Source of the DNA: a virus
Lineage: Duplodnaviria > Caudoviricetes
Direction: 5' to 3' (one strand)
IMG/VR virus record: IMGVR_UViG_3300031998_000040
Location: 1 to 64,000 of that record
Length of the DNA stretch: 64,000 nucleotides
Positions 25,812 to 35,919 of the stretch are shown here, one piece after another. The notes under the pieces are model-generated. The model was not told where the DNA came from, did no database searches, and saw nothing but the letters and a program-made list of their open reading frames with translations. A program made the translations under genes and the position numbers. The stretch's first letter is position 1. Every line of letters starts with the position of its first letter.

Positions 25812-27059
25812 TTACCTGCTGCGGGCTGCGCTGCGGGCCTGCCGTGCTGCGAGCTTTGCGAGGCTGCGAGTTGCGACGGCTTCACGGCGGGCGGTCTCCG
25901 CTGCGGTCTCGGCGGCCTTGGCTGCGTCCTGGGCGGCGGCGCTGCTGCCGGTGCTGCGGGTCATGGGCTCCGCCTGGGGCCGCTCCTGGGCCGCCTGGGG
26001 GCGGCCCTTGGGGGCGGGCTTGCTGCCGGTATGGAGGGCGGCGGCTGCGGTGCTGACGGTGCCGGGGTTGCTGCTCGCGTTGTCGGGGCTCCAGATCCGG
26101 GGCCGCTGCCGGGGCTCCGGCTTCTTGAGGTCGTCTCCGCTCATCCATGCCTCAATGTTCCGGGCTTCGGCGCTGCGGCGGCGCTGCATCTTCTCCAGGC
26201 GCTTTTCTACTGCCTGCCGGGAGACTCCGAGGCCGGTCTTCATCTGCTGCGGGTCAAGGTCCATAACTGCGGCGACGGCTGCAAGCTGCTGCGGGCGGTC
26301 CTTGGCTCCGCCGGCGATTTCAATATGACTATATCCGGCTGCGGTCATCTTCACGGTGAAAAGGTCCTCCGGGCTGCGGGCGTAGCTCTCAATCTCGGCG
26401 CGGTTGAGGGCTGCGGGCTCGGGGCTCGGCAGATGGGCGGCGAGGCTGAAGTCGGGATCGTCAAGACTCGCGGCGTCCGCTGCGCTGCGGCTGGGCTTGT
26501 CGCGGTACTGATTCGAAAGACGTTGGCAGGCGGCGCGGGCGGCGCGGGCGAGGAGGATTCCGAGGGGCAGGTCTTCCGGTTGACGGTCTAGGCGGGTCCA
26601 GGCTTCGGCGGCGATTGTATCAAGTGCCGCCTCCCAGGGCTCAAGCTCCATTCCTCCGGCGCTGCGGGGGATCATCCAGTCTGCCCAGGCTGCCGGGGCC
26701 GGGGTCTTGATCTTCTCGCCGGTCTCGGGGTCCTCGGTAATCTTGACGGCGCGGGCGGCGTAGCTGGGGCACCTGGAGGCGAATTTCCGCAGGAGGTCAA
26801 GCTGCGCCTCTCCGGGCAGGGCGTAAAACTCCTGGAGCGTTTCCGGCTGCGCCGGTTCCTGCTGGGCTTCTTCCCGGGGGGCCTGCTGCGCTTCCTGGGC
26901 GGCGCTGCTGCGGGCGTCCTCCCAGGCGAGGCGGAGGGCGGCGGCAAAAGTTGCGCGGCGGTCTGCCTCCGGCCATTTTTCCAGGGCGGCGCGGGTCATT
27001 GTCCAGGCGGCGCGGAAAATCTCGGCGCGATTCAGGGCGGCGGTGGTGGTCTTTTTCAT
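25812..27059 (-). CDS. phage sigma-70/ECF-like factor
   Basis: Region-2-like ALDTIAAEAW..LARAARAACQRL..SLDD; region 4 TAAGYSHIEIA..LGVSRQAVEKRLEKM. Confidence 0.65.
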   Translation of the reverse strand: MKKTTTAALNRAEIFRAAWTMTRAALEKWPEADRRATFAAALRLAWEDARSSAAQEAQQAPREEAQQEPAQPETLQEFYALPGEAQLDLLRKFASRCPSYAARAVKITEDPETGEKIKTPAPAAWADWMIPRSAGGMELEPWEAALDTIAAEAWTRLDRQPEDLPLGILLARAARAACQRLSNQYRDKPSRSAADAASLDDPDFSLAAHLPSPEPAALNRAEIESYARSPEDLFTVKMTAAGYSHIEIAGGAKDRPQQLAAVAAVMDLDPQQMKTGLGVSRQAVEKRLEKMQRRRSAEARNIEAWMSGDDLKKPEPRQRPRIWSPDNASSNPGTVSTAAAALHTGSKPAPKGRPQAAQERPQAEPMTRSTGSSAAAQDAAKAAETAAETARREAVATRSLAKLAARQARSAARSR

Positions 27060-27135
27060 TGGTCTACTTCCTTTCAATATTTCCCGGCCTGCCGGGGCGG
27101 GTCCGGGGGCCCCGTTAGGGGGCCTGCTTACATAT

Positions 27136-27164
27136 AATATAACTCCGGGATTATGTTTCGTCAA
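27136..27164 (-). promoter_or_regulatory. sigmaA promoter of the sigma-like gene
   Basis: TTGACG-17-TATATT. Confidence 0.65.
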
Positions 27165-27604
27165 GTGCTTTTTGAAAAAAGTTTCGCTTGGGGTTGCTTA
27201 TCCTGTTTCAGCGCCGCCTCTTAAGGCGTCCGGTTCCGCTGGACTCCGGGCCGGGCCTGCTGCGGCAGGCCGGGGCCGGGGCTCCGGCAGGGGGCGCCGA
27301 TCCGGTCTGTTTGAACTTCGCCGGTTTTCATACGGGCCGGGGCCGGGCCGGTTCTCCGTCTTGCTGCCGCCTGCACGGGTGATTTCATACGGGGGCCGGG
27401 CCTGCTGCGGTTCCTGGACTCGGCGCTTTCATACGGGGCCGCCTCCGGCGGAGGTCCTGGAAAATCCCGGAAAACGCCTGGAATATCCCGGAACATGCCG
27501 GAAATTTTTTCTTGGATGGGGTTGCATATCCCGATCCAGCGTCGCCCTTAAGAACAGCAAGCGAAACACAAATCGAACATCAAAAATCGAGAGGAGACAC
27601 AAAC

Positions 27605-28219
27605 ATGAAAAAACTGACCTACGGCGTAAACGGCGCAAAGCTGAACAGCTACCTGAAGACGATCCGCAAGAGCGGGGAGGCGTTGGTCCTGCGAACGGTC
27701 CGCGACGCCTACGACGAGGATCACGTCTGGCTGCTGACGCCTTACATGGCCCTGAGAGTTCCGGCAGGCTGGATATACAAGGAAGTCATGCAGCCCTACA
27801 CCCTGACGGACGCGCCGGAGTTCGGCGAGTACAAGGACCTTCAGGGCGGCAGCCGGGACGGGGAAAGCCTGGTCCGGGCCGTGGAGGACATCATGGCAAA
27901 AGCAGATCGGACGGCGAAAAACACCGGCTTCACGGCGGAGCTTTGCGGAGCGAAAGCAGGGGCAAAGCAGGTGCGGGTCTTCGCCCTGGAAGACGGGACG
28001 CCGGTGGCCGTCAACGAGGACATGGCGGCCATCTTCGAGCGCGGGCAGTTCGTCACCTATCGCGGCACGACGAGCACCGGCCCCATCGTCGTTGAGGGGG
28101 AATACATCAAGGGCATCTTGCTTCCGATCCGCATCGGCTCGGAGCTGAAGGGCCGCATGGAGGCCCTGTGTGCCTGCTTCGCCCTGCCTGGGGCAAGGAG
28201 GGAGGAACAGGCTGCATAA
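27605..28219 (+). CDS. early hypothetical protein
   Basis: GAGGAG RBS, MKKLTYG. Confidence 0.75.
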   Translation: MKKLTYGVNGAKLNSYLKTIRKSGEALVLRTVRDAYDEDHVWLLTPYMALRVPAGWIYKEVMQPYTLTDAPEFGEYKDLQGGSRDGESLVRAVEDIMAKADRTAKNTGFTAELCGAKAGAKQVRVFALEDGTPVAVNEDMAAIFERGQFVTYRGTTSTGPIVVEGEYIKGILLPIRIGSELKGRMEALCACFALPGARREEQAA

Positions 28220-28319
28220 TTATTCGGCGAACAGAAAATGAAATCTTGACGGTTTTTCAAGCGCCGGACTTGGAGGGGTCCGGCGCTTCATAAAGCTATC
28301 AAGTTTGGAGGTCAAAAAC

Positions 28320-28601
28320 ATGGTACGCAAGGACGTTTTCAAGCTGGCGGAAAAGCTGAGGACGGAGACCGGCTTCCCCGTCTGGCAGCTTTACGACTGG
28401 CTGATGGAAGTGGGCCGCGCAAAGAGCGTCAATCCGGCGCGGCTGGATTACATCACCGGGCGCAAGATCGTTTTCGTCAAGGGCGAGCGCGACGGCTATT
28501 GCATGGAACAGTACAACGCGCCGCGCAAGTGGGAACCGGGATACACCGGCCCGGACTATGAAAGCATGATCCTGGCGCGGCAGGAAAACTATATGGACTG
28601 A
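28320..28601 (+). CDS. hypothetical protein
   Basis: GGAGG RBS. Confidence 0.65.
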   Translation: MVRKDVFKLAEKLRTETGFPVWQLYDWLMEVGRAKSVNPARLDYITGRKIVFVKGERDGYCMEQYNAPRKWEPGYTGPDYESMILARQENYMD

Positions 28602-28613
28602 GGAGGACTGACA

Positions 28614-28799
28614 ATGCGCAAAACAAAAATCCGCAACCTGGCCGCCGGGATTGCGTTCCTGGGCTTTCTGCTGACGCTGACAGAGCTTCACGGCGGCCCC
28701 TGGGCCGGGACATTTCTTGGCACGGCGCTTTTCATACTGGGCGCTCTGGCGGCCCTGAGAATCAACAACAAGGAAGGGAGAGCGAAAAATGGAAAATAA
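28614..28799 (+). CDS. small membrane protein
   Basis: Two hydrophobic segments. Confidence 0.6.
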   Translation: MRKTKIRNLAAGIAFLGFLLTLTELHGGPWAGTFLGTALFILGALAALRINNKEGRAKNGK

Positions 28800-29058
28800 G
28801 ATCAAATTCATCTGCGAGTTCATCGGCGGCCCGCTGGCCGGGACGATGCCGCTTGAACAGGCGGAGGCTATGACGGACCGGCGCAGCGCGGACCTGAGCG
28901 AGATCAGGAAGCGCGGCGGCCTGGTACACCGGGAAGAATTGGATAACAAGCCGGAGTTTGACGGCTATGCCGGTCCCATGTGGGACGGTATGCGCGGCCC
29001 CGGTCGTGCAGTCCTGCGCTATGAGACCTGGGAGGTCTACGACATGCTTTCCCGCTGA
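28789..29058 (+). CDS. hypothetical protein
   Basis: RBS plus ORF. Confidence 0.65.
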   Translation: MENKIKFICEFIGGPLAGTMPLEQAEAMTDRRSADLSEIRKRGGLVHREELDNKPEFDGYAGPMWDGMRGPGRAVLRYETWEVYDMLSR

Positions 29059-29177
29059 ATTTCGGCGGGGTAAATTTTTGAGGGGGGTTGCATATCGAAT
29101 TTCAGCGTCGCCTCTAAAGACAGAACACGGGGCCGCCGGTACAAGGCGGCCCCGAAAAAACGGAAGGGAGAAACAAA

Positions 29178-29609
29178 ATGGCGAAACTTACGAAAGAACA
29201 GGCTTTGAAGTGGGACGCGCAGCTTTCCGGCGGCTACCATCTGGACATCCAGAAATACGTCGTATGGGGCGAGAAAACCGCCTCCCTGAAGATCGAGCTC
29301 TCGGAGGACAAAATCCTGGAAGCGAATCTGAGCTACCGGGAGGAGCGCAGCGGCTACCGCTACACGGGGAGGCAGAAGCCGGTCCTCCATCTGTCCATCT
29401 GGAACGTGAACCGGGAGACCGGCGTGGGGACTTCTCACGGCCTGGGGGCGTTCATCGACGTGGGGGAAGTGCAGGACAAAAAGAACTGGAAGCACCTGTG
29501 CGCCCTGTCCGGCGAGTACACCGCCGAAAAGGTCAAGGCGCTGGCGGCAGAACACTCCGGGGAGCTGGGTGCGTCTTCCATCATCGACTGGCTGGAAAAA
29601 GCGGGTTGA
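29178..29609 (+). CDS. hypothetical protein
   Basis: RBS plus ORF after a promoter motif. Confidence 0.7.
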   Translation: MAKLTKEQALKWDAQLSGGYHLDIQKYVVWGEKTASLKIELSEDKILEANLSYREERSGYRYTGRQKPVLHLSIWNVNRETGVGTSHGLGAFIDVGEVQDKKNWKHLCALSGEYTAEKVKALAAEHSGELGASSIIDWLEKAG

Positions 29610-29677
29610 AGATTTTTCGAGCGCCGGGGATTTTTTCCGGCGCTTCATAAAGTCTTTAACAACAAGGAGGAAACACA

Positions 29678-30484
29678 ATGGAGAACACAAAGCAATACAC
29701 GATCCGGGACATCGAGGCGATTTCCGAATGGCTGGCAAAAGCTCTGGCCGAGGAAACGCTGACGATCAAGGAACATACGGTTTACCTGGTGGACTTCGGC
29801 GGCTACTTCGGATATTCCTGCCTGGTATTCAAAAACGGCCATCATATCCACTACGCCAACGACTACGCCCTGCATCACAAGCACACCAAGTACAACGACG
29901 ACGGGACGACGGAGGCCGTGGAGATCGGCAGGGAGGAACTGCGGCAAAGGTACATCGACGCTTTGAACTTCAAGCTCTGGACGGAGGAGGAGATCACCGG
30001 CCCGCTGAAGGACTACGACGAATATCAGGCAAAGAGCCGCTTCCTGCATAGCTACTACGGGATGCGGGAGGACTATGTTTCCATCTTTGGGGACTTCCGC
30101 ACCGACGACAAAGTGCAAGCCTACCGCAACCGGACGGCTGGCATGATTATGAATCCGGTTGCTATGGCCTACTTCTCCCCGGATAAATCCGCCTTTGTGG
30201 AGCATCACAAGGCACTGTGGGAAGCCCTGGAACAGCGGGCAGCGGAGCTTGAACAGGACTACGACTACCTGAAGACGGCGTTCCTGCGGGAAATGTACGA
30301 TCACGAGTATGGGATCAACTGGCAGGGCGACTGGGATGTGCTTTCCTGCTTCGGAGATATCGAATACCGGGATGAGGACGGTCTGACCGGCTATTTCGAT
30401 CAGCTGGAGTTTAACGACACGCAGCGCCGCGCCTACATGGACGCACGGCGGCAGTATTACAACGAGACCCGCGACTGGAATTGA
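29678..30484 (+). CDS. hypothetical protein
   Basis: AAGGAGG RBS; AFLREMYDHEYGINW motif. Confidence 0.75.
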   Translation: MENTKQYTIRDIEAISEWLAKALAEETLTIKEHTVYLVDFGGYFGYSCLVFKNGHHIHYANDYALHHKHTKYNDDGTTEAVEIGREELRQRYIDALNFKLWTEEEITGPLKDYDEYQAKSRFLHSYYGMREDYVSIFGDFRTDDKVQAYRNRTAGMIMNPVAMAYFSPDKSAFVEHHKALWEALEQRAAELEQDYDYLKTAFLREMYDHEYGINWQGDWDVLSCFGDIEYRDEDGLTGYFDQLEFNDTQRRAYMDARRQYYNETRDWN

Positions 30485-30557
30485 AGCCTTTTCGAGCGGC
30501 CCGGCCCTGCGCCGGACCGTTCCAAAAAGTCTTTAATTCGGAGAGGAGAAAACGAAA

Positions 30558-31391
30558 GTGAAAATCGAAACGAAATTTGACATCGGAGAGCGCGTGAACT
30601 TCATGTGCTATCGGACGAAAGAGCCGATACTCACGGACGGGAACATTCGCCGCATAATCATCCACGGCGAGAACAGCATAAGGTATTCCGTAAATTATCT
30701 TCTGAACGGTGAACACCTTATTGCAGACTTTTGGGAATGTGACCTGGAGAAGTGGAACTTCGGGAAGGGGAAAACGCTATGACAAAACAAGAACACATCC
30801 GCCTGCTTCGGGCTCTGACAGCCGCAGACAACGCTTTCCACGCTTCGCTGAGAGAAGCCGGTTATGATGTGAGTTATTCGATTTACGACGGTCATACCGG
30901 GAGTATCTACGACATGTCAAAGCCGACATGGGATCGCTGGCCCCTGGGAGCGCTGACAATCAAGTGGAGTTTGAGGAAGGAGAAATCGGAATGACAATTC
31001 GGCAGTACGCAAAGAGCGTGGGATTCAAAATCGTGGGGAAACTGCGGCCCATGTCTACAAGCTACAAGCCCAAGGGCCTGCGGGAGAATTTCTGGATGGA
31101 TGAAGCGGGAAACGAATACTACCGCTCCCACGACGGGGAAAGCGCCTGCATCATCACAAAGGATGGAGGCGTTATCTGATGGACCATATCGCAAAGCTGG
31201 AAGGTTCCAATGAATTTTTCGCCCGCCGCGCCGCCTACAATGCAAAGGTAAAGCTGCGCCGGGGAGATACGTTCCGGGCGCAGAAGCACCTGAACATAGC
31301 TGACGCCTGCCTCCGGGCCGGGGGCGTGACTGCTTCCACGGCGTCCAGCATAGCGGCCCTCAAAAAAATATTTGCGGAGGGGGTTGCATAA
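30558..31391 (+). CDS. four small hypothetical ORFs (30558-30782, 30779-30994, 30991-31179, 31179-31391)
   Basis: Overlapping start/stop codons and RBSs. Confidence 0.6.
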
Positions 31392-31478
31392 TCGTTTCCA
31401 AAATTACCGTAAAGAGCGTGGAACATCGCGCTTGCCCTGCGCCCGCTGCCCTGATATAATCGGCTCGGAGGTGATACA

Positions 31479-31730
31479 ATGCCGAAACAATCACCGGCGC
31501 AAAACGCCGCAAATGAACGCTATAAAAAGAAAAACTATGACCGCATCCTCCTTCAGTTCCCCTTGGGATCGCGGGACCGCCTGCGGGCGCTGGCGGCGGA
31601 AGCTGGATTCTCTTCCGTCAATGCCTACATCGCCGATGTCCTGGAGCGCGAGACCGGAGAACATTTCACGCTGCGCGGCGAGTTGCCGTGGAAGGCTGCG
31701 AAAAGCACAAAGAGCAAAACCGAAAATTAA
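31479..31730 (+). CDS. Arc/RHH-like DNA-binding protein (copy 1)
   Basis: NERYKKKNYDRILLQFP..SVNAYIADVLE; own promoter TTGCCC-17-TATAAT. Confidence 0.75.
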   Translation: MPKQSPAQNAANERYKKKNYDRILLQFPLGSRDRLRALAAEAGFSSVNAYIADVLERETGEHFTLRGELPWKAAKSTKSKTEN

Positions 31731-31839
31731 TTTTCAATGGGGTTGCATATCGAAAAACCAAATTACCTATAAGCACAGAGAGAACCGGCTTGTCCATCAT
31801 GGACGGGCCGGTTTTGATTTTCTGGAAGGAGAACACATC

Positions 31840-32592
31840 ATGGAGCAGAAAAGAAAGAAAATCAATTACGTCGTGAGGGAAGTTCCGGCGGAAGCTGCGG
31901 AACTGCACTGGGTATTTGACGACGACGGCCTGACGGAACTGCGCGGCGACTGGAACTGCAATCTTTTCGTCGTTACCCCTCGCGGCTATCGCAGCTTCAA
32001 CGAAAAGACCTATGAAAATGTCCAGTGGGAAGCCGATCACATCATCGACGGTTTTTCCGATATCGCGGACAAGAATTTCTACTACTGGTCCAGCTACAAG
32101 GACGTAATGCGGCGCATCGGGATTACCTACAATCCCCGGAAGTGCCACGCCCTGAAAGAGTGGGCCAAGGACGCAGACACGGCGGAGCCCGATGATATTG
32201 CCGCCTATCTCACCATCATCACCGGCAAGAAATGGAACTGCATCGGCGTCAGCGGCTACTGCCAGGGCGATTATGCGGATGTGGTCTACTGCGAAGACCA
32301 TTACAAGGAAGAAGATGCAAAGTATTACGGCGAGTGCTGGCTTGGCTGCGCCACGGAATACTGCCTTGTCGAGGTGGAGAACTATTCCGAACCGGAGGAC
32401 GAGGACGATGAAGCGAACTACACCGAAGGGGATGTATGCTATGGCTATGTCGTTTCCGATTCTCAGGCATGGCGGGATGAAGACATCAAGCGTCTTGTCT
32501 GCCAGTGGGCCGGAGTACCAGAGGAGGAAACAGTCCTGGAGCGGATCGAAAGCACGTCCTACCACACGTCCTACCATTACCGCACGGCATGA
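31840..32592 (+). CDS. acidic hypothetical protein
   Basis: GYCQGDYADV motif; RBS AAGGAG. Confidence 0.75.
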   Translation: MEQKRKKINYVVREVPAEAAELHWVFDDDGLTELRGDWNCNLFVVTPRGYRSFNEKTYENVQWEADHIIDGFSDIADKNFYYWSSYKDVMRRIGITYNPRKCHALKEWAKDADTAEPDDIAAYLTIITGKKWNCIGVSGYCQGDYADVVYCEDHYKEEDAKYYGECWLGCATEYCLVEVENYSEPEDEDDEANYTEGDVCYGYVVSDSQAWRDEDIKRLVCQWAGVPEEETVLERIESTSYHTSYHYRTA

Positions 32593-32608
32593 GAAAGGAG
32601 AAAGTGAT

Positions 32609-32998
32609 ATGGCACTGACCTGGGAATGGAAAGAAAAATGCGGCGAGGTTATCGTGGAACAGAAGACCGAAAGCGGGGACTGGCGGCAGTTCCCGCTTTC
32701 CCTTTACAAAGGAAATGCGTTCCTCATCATGCTGGCAGAGAACGACGAGGACAACACCTATCAGATGTTCGGATTCTTCGCCGACAAGGAACACGCCAAA
32801 GCCTGCCTGGGCCTGGCCCGCAGCAAGAGCAAGCACGATATCGGAGGCAATCTCTATGATAAGCCGTACATGCGCTTCACAAAAATCCGGCTGAACAAGG
32901 CCAAGTATCCCTACACCAAGGAGCTTGTGTCCCTGCTGGCTCAGGCTTTCGACAACATCACCATCGAAATCTATTCGGAGGAGGAAAAACCTGAATGA
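32609..32998 (+). CDS. hypothetical protein
   Basis: RBS plus ORF. Confidence 0.7.
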   Translation: MALTWEWKEKCGEVIVEQKTESGDWRQFPLSLYKGNAFLIMLAENDEDNTYQMFGFFADKEHAKACLGLARSKSKHDIGGNLYDKPYMRFTKIRLNKAKYPYTKELVSLLAQAFDNITIEIYSEEEKPE

Positions 32999-33267
32999 GG
33001 ATCGAAGTCAATAACGGTGGCAGTATGGAGATCGTCCGCACCGGCCACGGAATCGCCGTCCACCATCGCAATTCCGACGGCACGCTTTATGACATCGACA
33101 CTTATGGCGACGGTGAGATCGTCATGGTTTTGAACCTGCTGCGGTATATGCGCGACAACGGGATCAAGAGCGCCCTTGTTCCCTACGGCCACGAAGATGA
33201 AATGCGTCGGTATCTTTCCAACCTTCTGAACAACGGGGACCTTCTGGACTTCCGCATCTTCCAGTGA
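32995..33267 (+). CDS. hypothetical protein
   Basis: Coupled ORF. Confidence 0.65.
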   Translation: MRIEVNNGGSMEIVRTGHGIAVHHRNSDGTLYDIDTYGDGEIVMVLNLLRYMRDNGIKSALVPYGHEDEMRRYLSNLLNNGDLLDFRIFQ

Positions 33268-33380
33268 ATCTTACGGCAAGCAATAAACAAAGCGTAAAAT
33301 AAAAATTAGGAGGGGGTTGCATATCGCAAAGCTGAGTTACCTATAAAAGCGCACAGAAAAAAACGAAAGGAGAAAACGAA

Positions 33381-33938
33381 ATGAACACCTGCAAGTTTCT
33401 CGGCATCTACGCTGACGCCATCGAAGCGGCGGCTGACGATTGCGAGGCCGCTATGGAAAAGCTGGGCTTTTCCCTCAGCGAGATCGACGATATGTACGAC
33501 TTTGCAAAGCAGGACTTTGAGGAAATCGGGAGCCTGAGCGACATTACCAACAGCGTCATTTCCTGCCTTTTTCGCAGCGCAGAAACCTCCATCCATGAAA
33601 AGTACCCCGGCCTCCGTGTGGACTACTATGTGAACTGCCACGATTCTTCCTTCGACGTGGAAGATCTTCCCGACCCCATGACGGAGGGCAAAATCCGCGC
33701 CGATTGGGAAAGCGCATTGGCTACCATGGACTACTACGAAATCTCCGAGGCAATCGAGTGGGGCTTTTACCCGGAGGATTTGCGGAAGCTCATGCAGCTT
33801 CACCGTGCGGGAGAAAGACGGAACAAGATCGAAGACCTGCTGACCGACTGCAATTTCCATTCCTTCTGCGCCTGCCTCAGCGACGGGGACTATGCCGGTG
33901 CCGAGAAGGAAATCCGTGAAATGGAAGAGGAGGACTGA
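33381..33938 (+). CDS. acidic hypothetical protein
   Basis: IEDLLTDCNFH motif; follows a promoter motif. Confidence 0.75.
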   Translation: MNTCKFLGIYADAIEAAADDCEAAMEKLGFSLSEIDDMYDFAKQDFEEIGSLSDITNSVISCLFRSAETSIHEKYPGLRVDYYVNCHDSSFDVEDLPDPMTEGKIRADWESALATMDYYEISEAIEWGFYPEDLRKLMQLHRAGERRNKIEDLLTDCNFHSFCACLSDGDYAGAEKEIREMEEED

Positions 33939-33943
33939 ACATC

Positions 33944-35831
33944 ATGGACAAGACGAAGAAATATGACTTCCCGCACTTCATCGACAACGCTACCGGAAAG
34001 AAATTCTCGGTAGATGTCAGCTACAAGATCGGCGGTCGCTGGTATATATACACGACCGTTTTCTGTGACGCAGAACTGTGGAGCGCCATCAAGAACGCCT
34101 ATGAAACCGATGGCGTCACCGAAGTCAAGACCAAGATGTGCAAGTCTAAGGAGGACTGAACATGACCGCACCTGAATTTGGAGGAACCTTTTTCGACGTG
34201 GCCCGCTGCATGGGGGCAAAAATGTACTGGGGCGCTCGCGGCGTGATCCGCTATGACCGCTATACCAATAAGCGCACCCTGGAAATCTACCCAGACCGGC
34301 AGGGCTTTACGGCGGACGATACCACGGACAAGCCTGCTTTCGTGGACTTCATCAACAAGGAACTGATCCCCCACATGGAAGAAAAAGTCCGGCTGTATTC
34401 CACCGAGCGTATCAAGCTGGAAAGCGCGGACGGAAAATTCAAGGCGCTGGCGGAGGACCGCAATTCCGGTGGCTACCTCTACGTCGGGGCCTGGGCTGTG
34501 TGAAAGGAGGACACAATGAGTGCCTACACGAGCATGAGCGGCTATCTCAAAGTAAAAGTCTACCCTGAAACCGGACCGGCTTTCTATGTGCTGGTCCCGG
34601 ACGAAGTGGAAGACATTGACGAATTTCTGGACGAACACCTGAAGAACGTATCTAACTGGGACGAAGCATCGTACTGAAACGGAAAGGAGGACACAATGGA
34701 CGTATTCGACTTCTGTAATCTCTGCACCGACGATACGGTGGAAGTCCGCATTTACGACATGAATCCCGCCGTCGAAAACGAGGTTTTCCGGGGAAGCATG
34801 TGGGACGCAGAGCAAAGCGCGTTCTCAAACTACGAAGTTCTCAGCTTCGACCTGGACCCCCGCGAAGGGCTGATCCTGAACATCGACACATCCGGAAGCT
34901 GAAAGGAGGGCAGAACATGGAAAAGAAACCGTTTATCGTTCACTACACCGTCACCTACCGAAACACCGCTCTGGTCTATGCGGACAGCAAAGAACAGGCA
35001 GAGCAGGACGCGATGGACCTCTATCAGGAGGACTATGTAGACCCGGAGGACAACGGCTACGACGGATGCGACATTGACGCTTCCCTGGCTTCTCCGGCTG
35101 AGGAAGAATATTACAAATACGACGCCTACGACTGGGAGGCGATCTGTCAGGAAACGCAAAGGGGGTATCACCGTGTCTAAGGAACTCACCGCCATCTTCC
35201 GTAAGTACGGCCTGTACTACGAGCTGGGCAACGCCTGGAACCTCACCGCCTATCCCCTGTGAATTTCGGAAAGGAGAAATCACATGAAGTCCTGTGATAA
35301 CTGCAAGCGCCGGTATTACCGGAACCCCTGGGACAAGCTCATTGAGACCTGCCTGCACTACGAAATGAGCGTGGAAGAAAACGGCAAGGACCCGGCCCGC
35401 GTAGCCGAGAGCTGTCCGCAGTACGCCGAAGGGACGCCGGATTGCTTTGACCGGGAAGAAGCGCGGGACTACTCCCCCTCCGCTCCCTGGAACGCACCCG
35501 GCATGAGCCCCCGCGATTTCTACTGATTTCGGAAAGGAGAAAACGACGAATGAAGCTCACCTACTACAACAGCGCAAAGTTTGAGAAGACCACCACGGTG
35601 GAGGTCTCCGCCATTCTCAGCACCCCTGAGCCGGACGAACTCACCGACAATGACCGGGCGGCGCTTCGGTCTGGGGATATGATCCCAATGTGCAACTTCG
35701 CCGTCAAGGGGGATAACTACCCGGCCTCCGCGCATTGGATGGCTGTTCCCTGGAACTGGGTCATTGAGATCATCGAAGACTCCGGCTCTGGCTGGATAGC
35801 GTCCGGGAAAAGCCCCAGCGATTTTTATTAA
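33944..35831 (+). CDS. run of small hypothetical ORFs (33944-34159, 34162-34503, 34696-34902, 34917-35180, 35284-35526, 35550-35831)
   Basis: Each has a GGAGG/AAGGAG RBS; 34917-35180 is DpnD/PcfM-like. Confidence 0.65.
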
Positions 35832-35919
35832 AACTTTTCCCCACGGGGTTGCATTTCCCGTTTCATCGCCGCCTCTTAAGGCGCACCACAAAAACACAAA
35901 ATGAAAAGGAGAAAAGAAA

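Larger units (their letters stand above)
25531..27436 (+). repeat. polar TTTCATACGG repeats (7 copies) flanking the sigma-like gene
   Basis: Copies at 25531, 25590, 25645 (TCT variant), 25713, 27326, 27383, 27427. Confidence 0.8.
28245..30536 (+). repeat. three related long hairpins before RBSs (28245-28302, 29606-29659, 30481-30536)
   Basis: TTGA..TTTTC RAGCG..CG(C/T)T(T/C) CA WAAAG..AA with compensatory changes. Confidence 0.75.

Noticed and set aside
24929-26591. Long overlapping ORFs in the GC-rich region and other antisense ORFs (e.g. 1756-2706, 50000-52078)
   Set aside because: Low-complexity or shadow frames of real genes, without RBSs.
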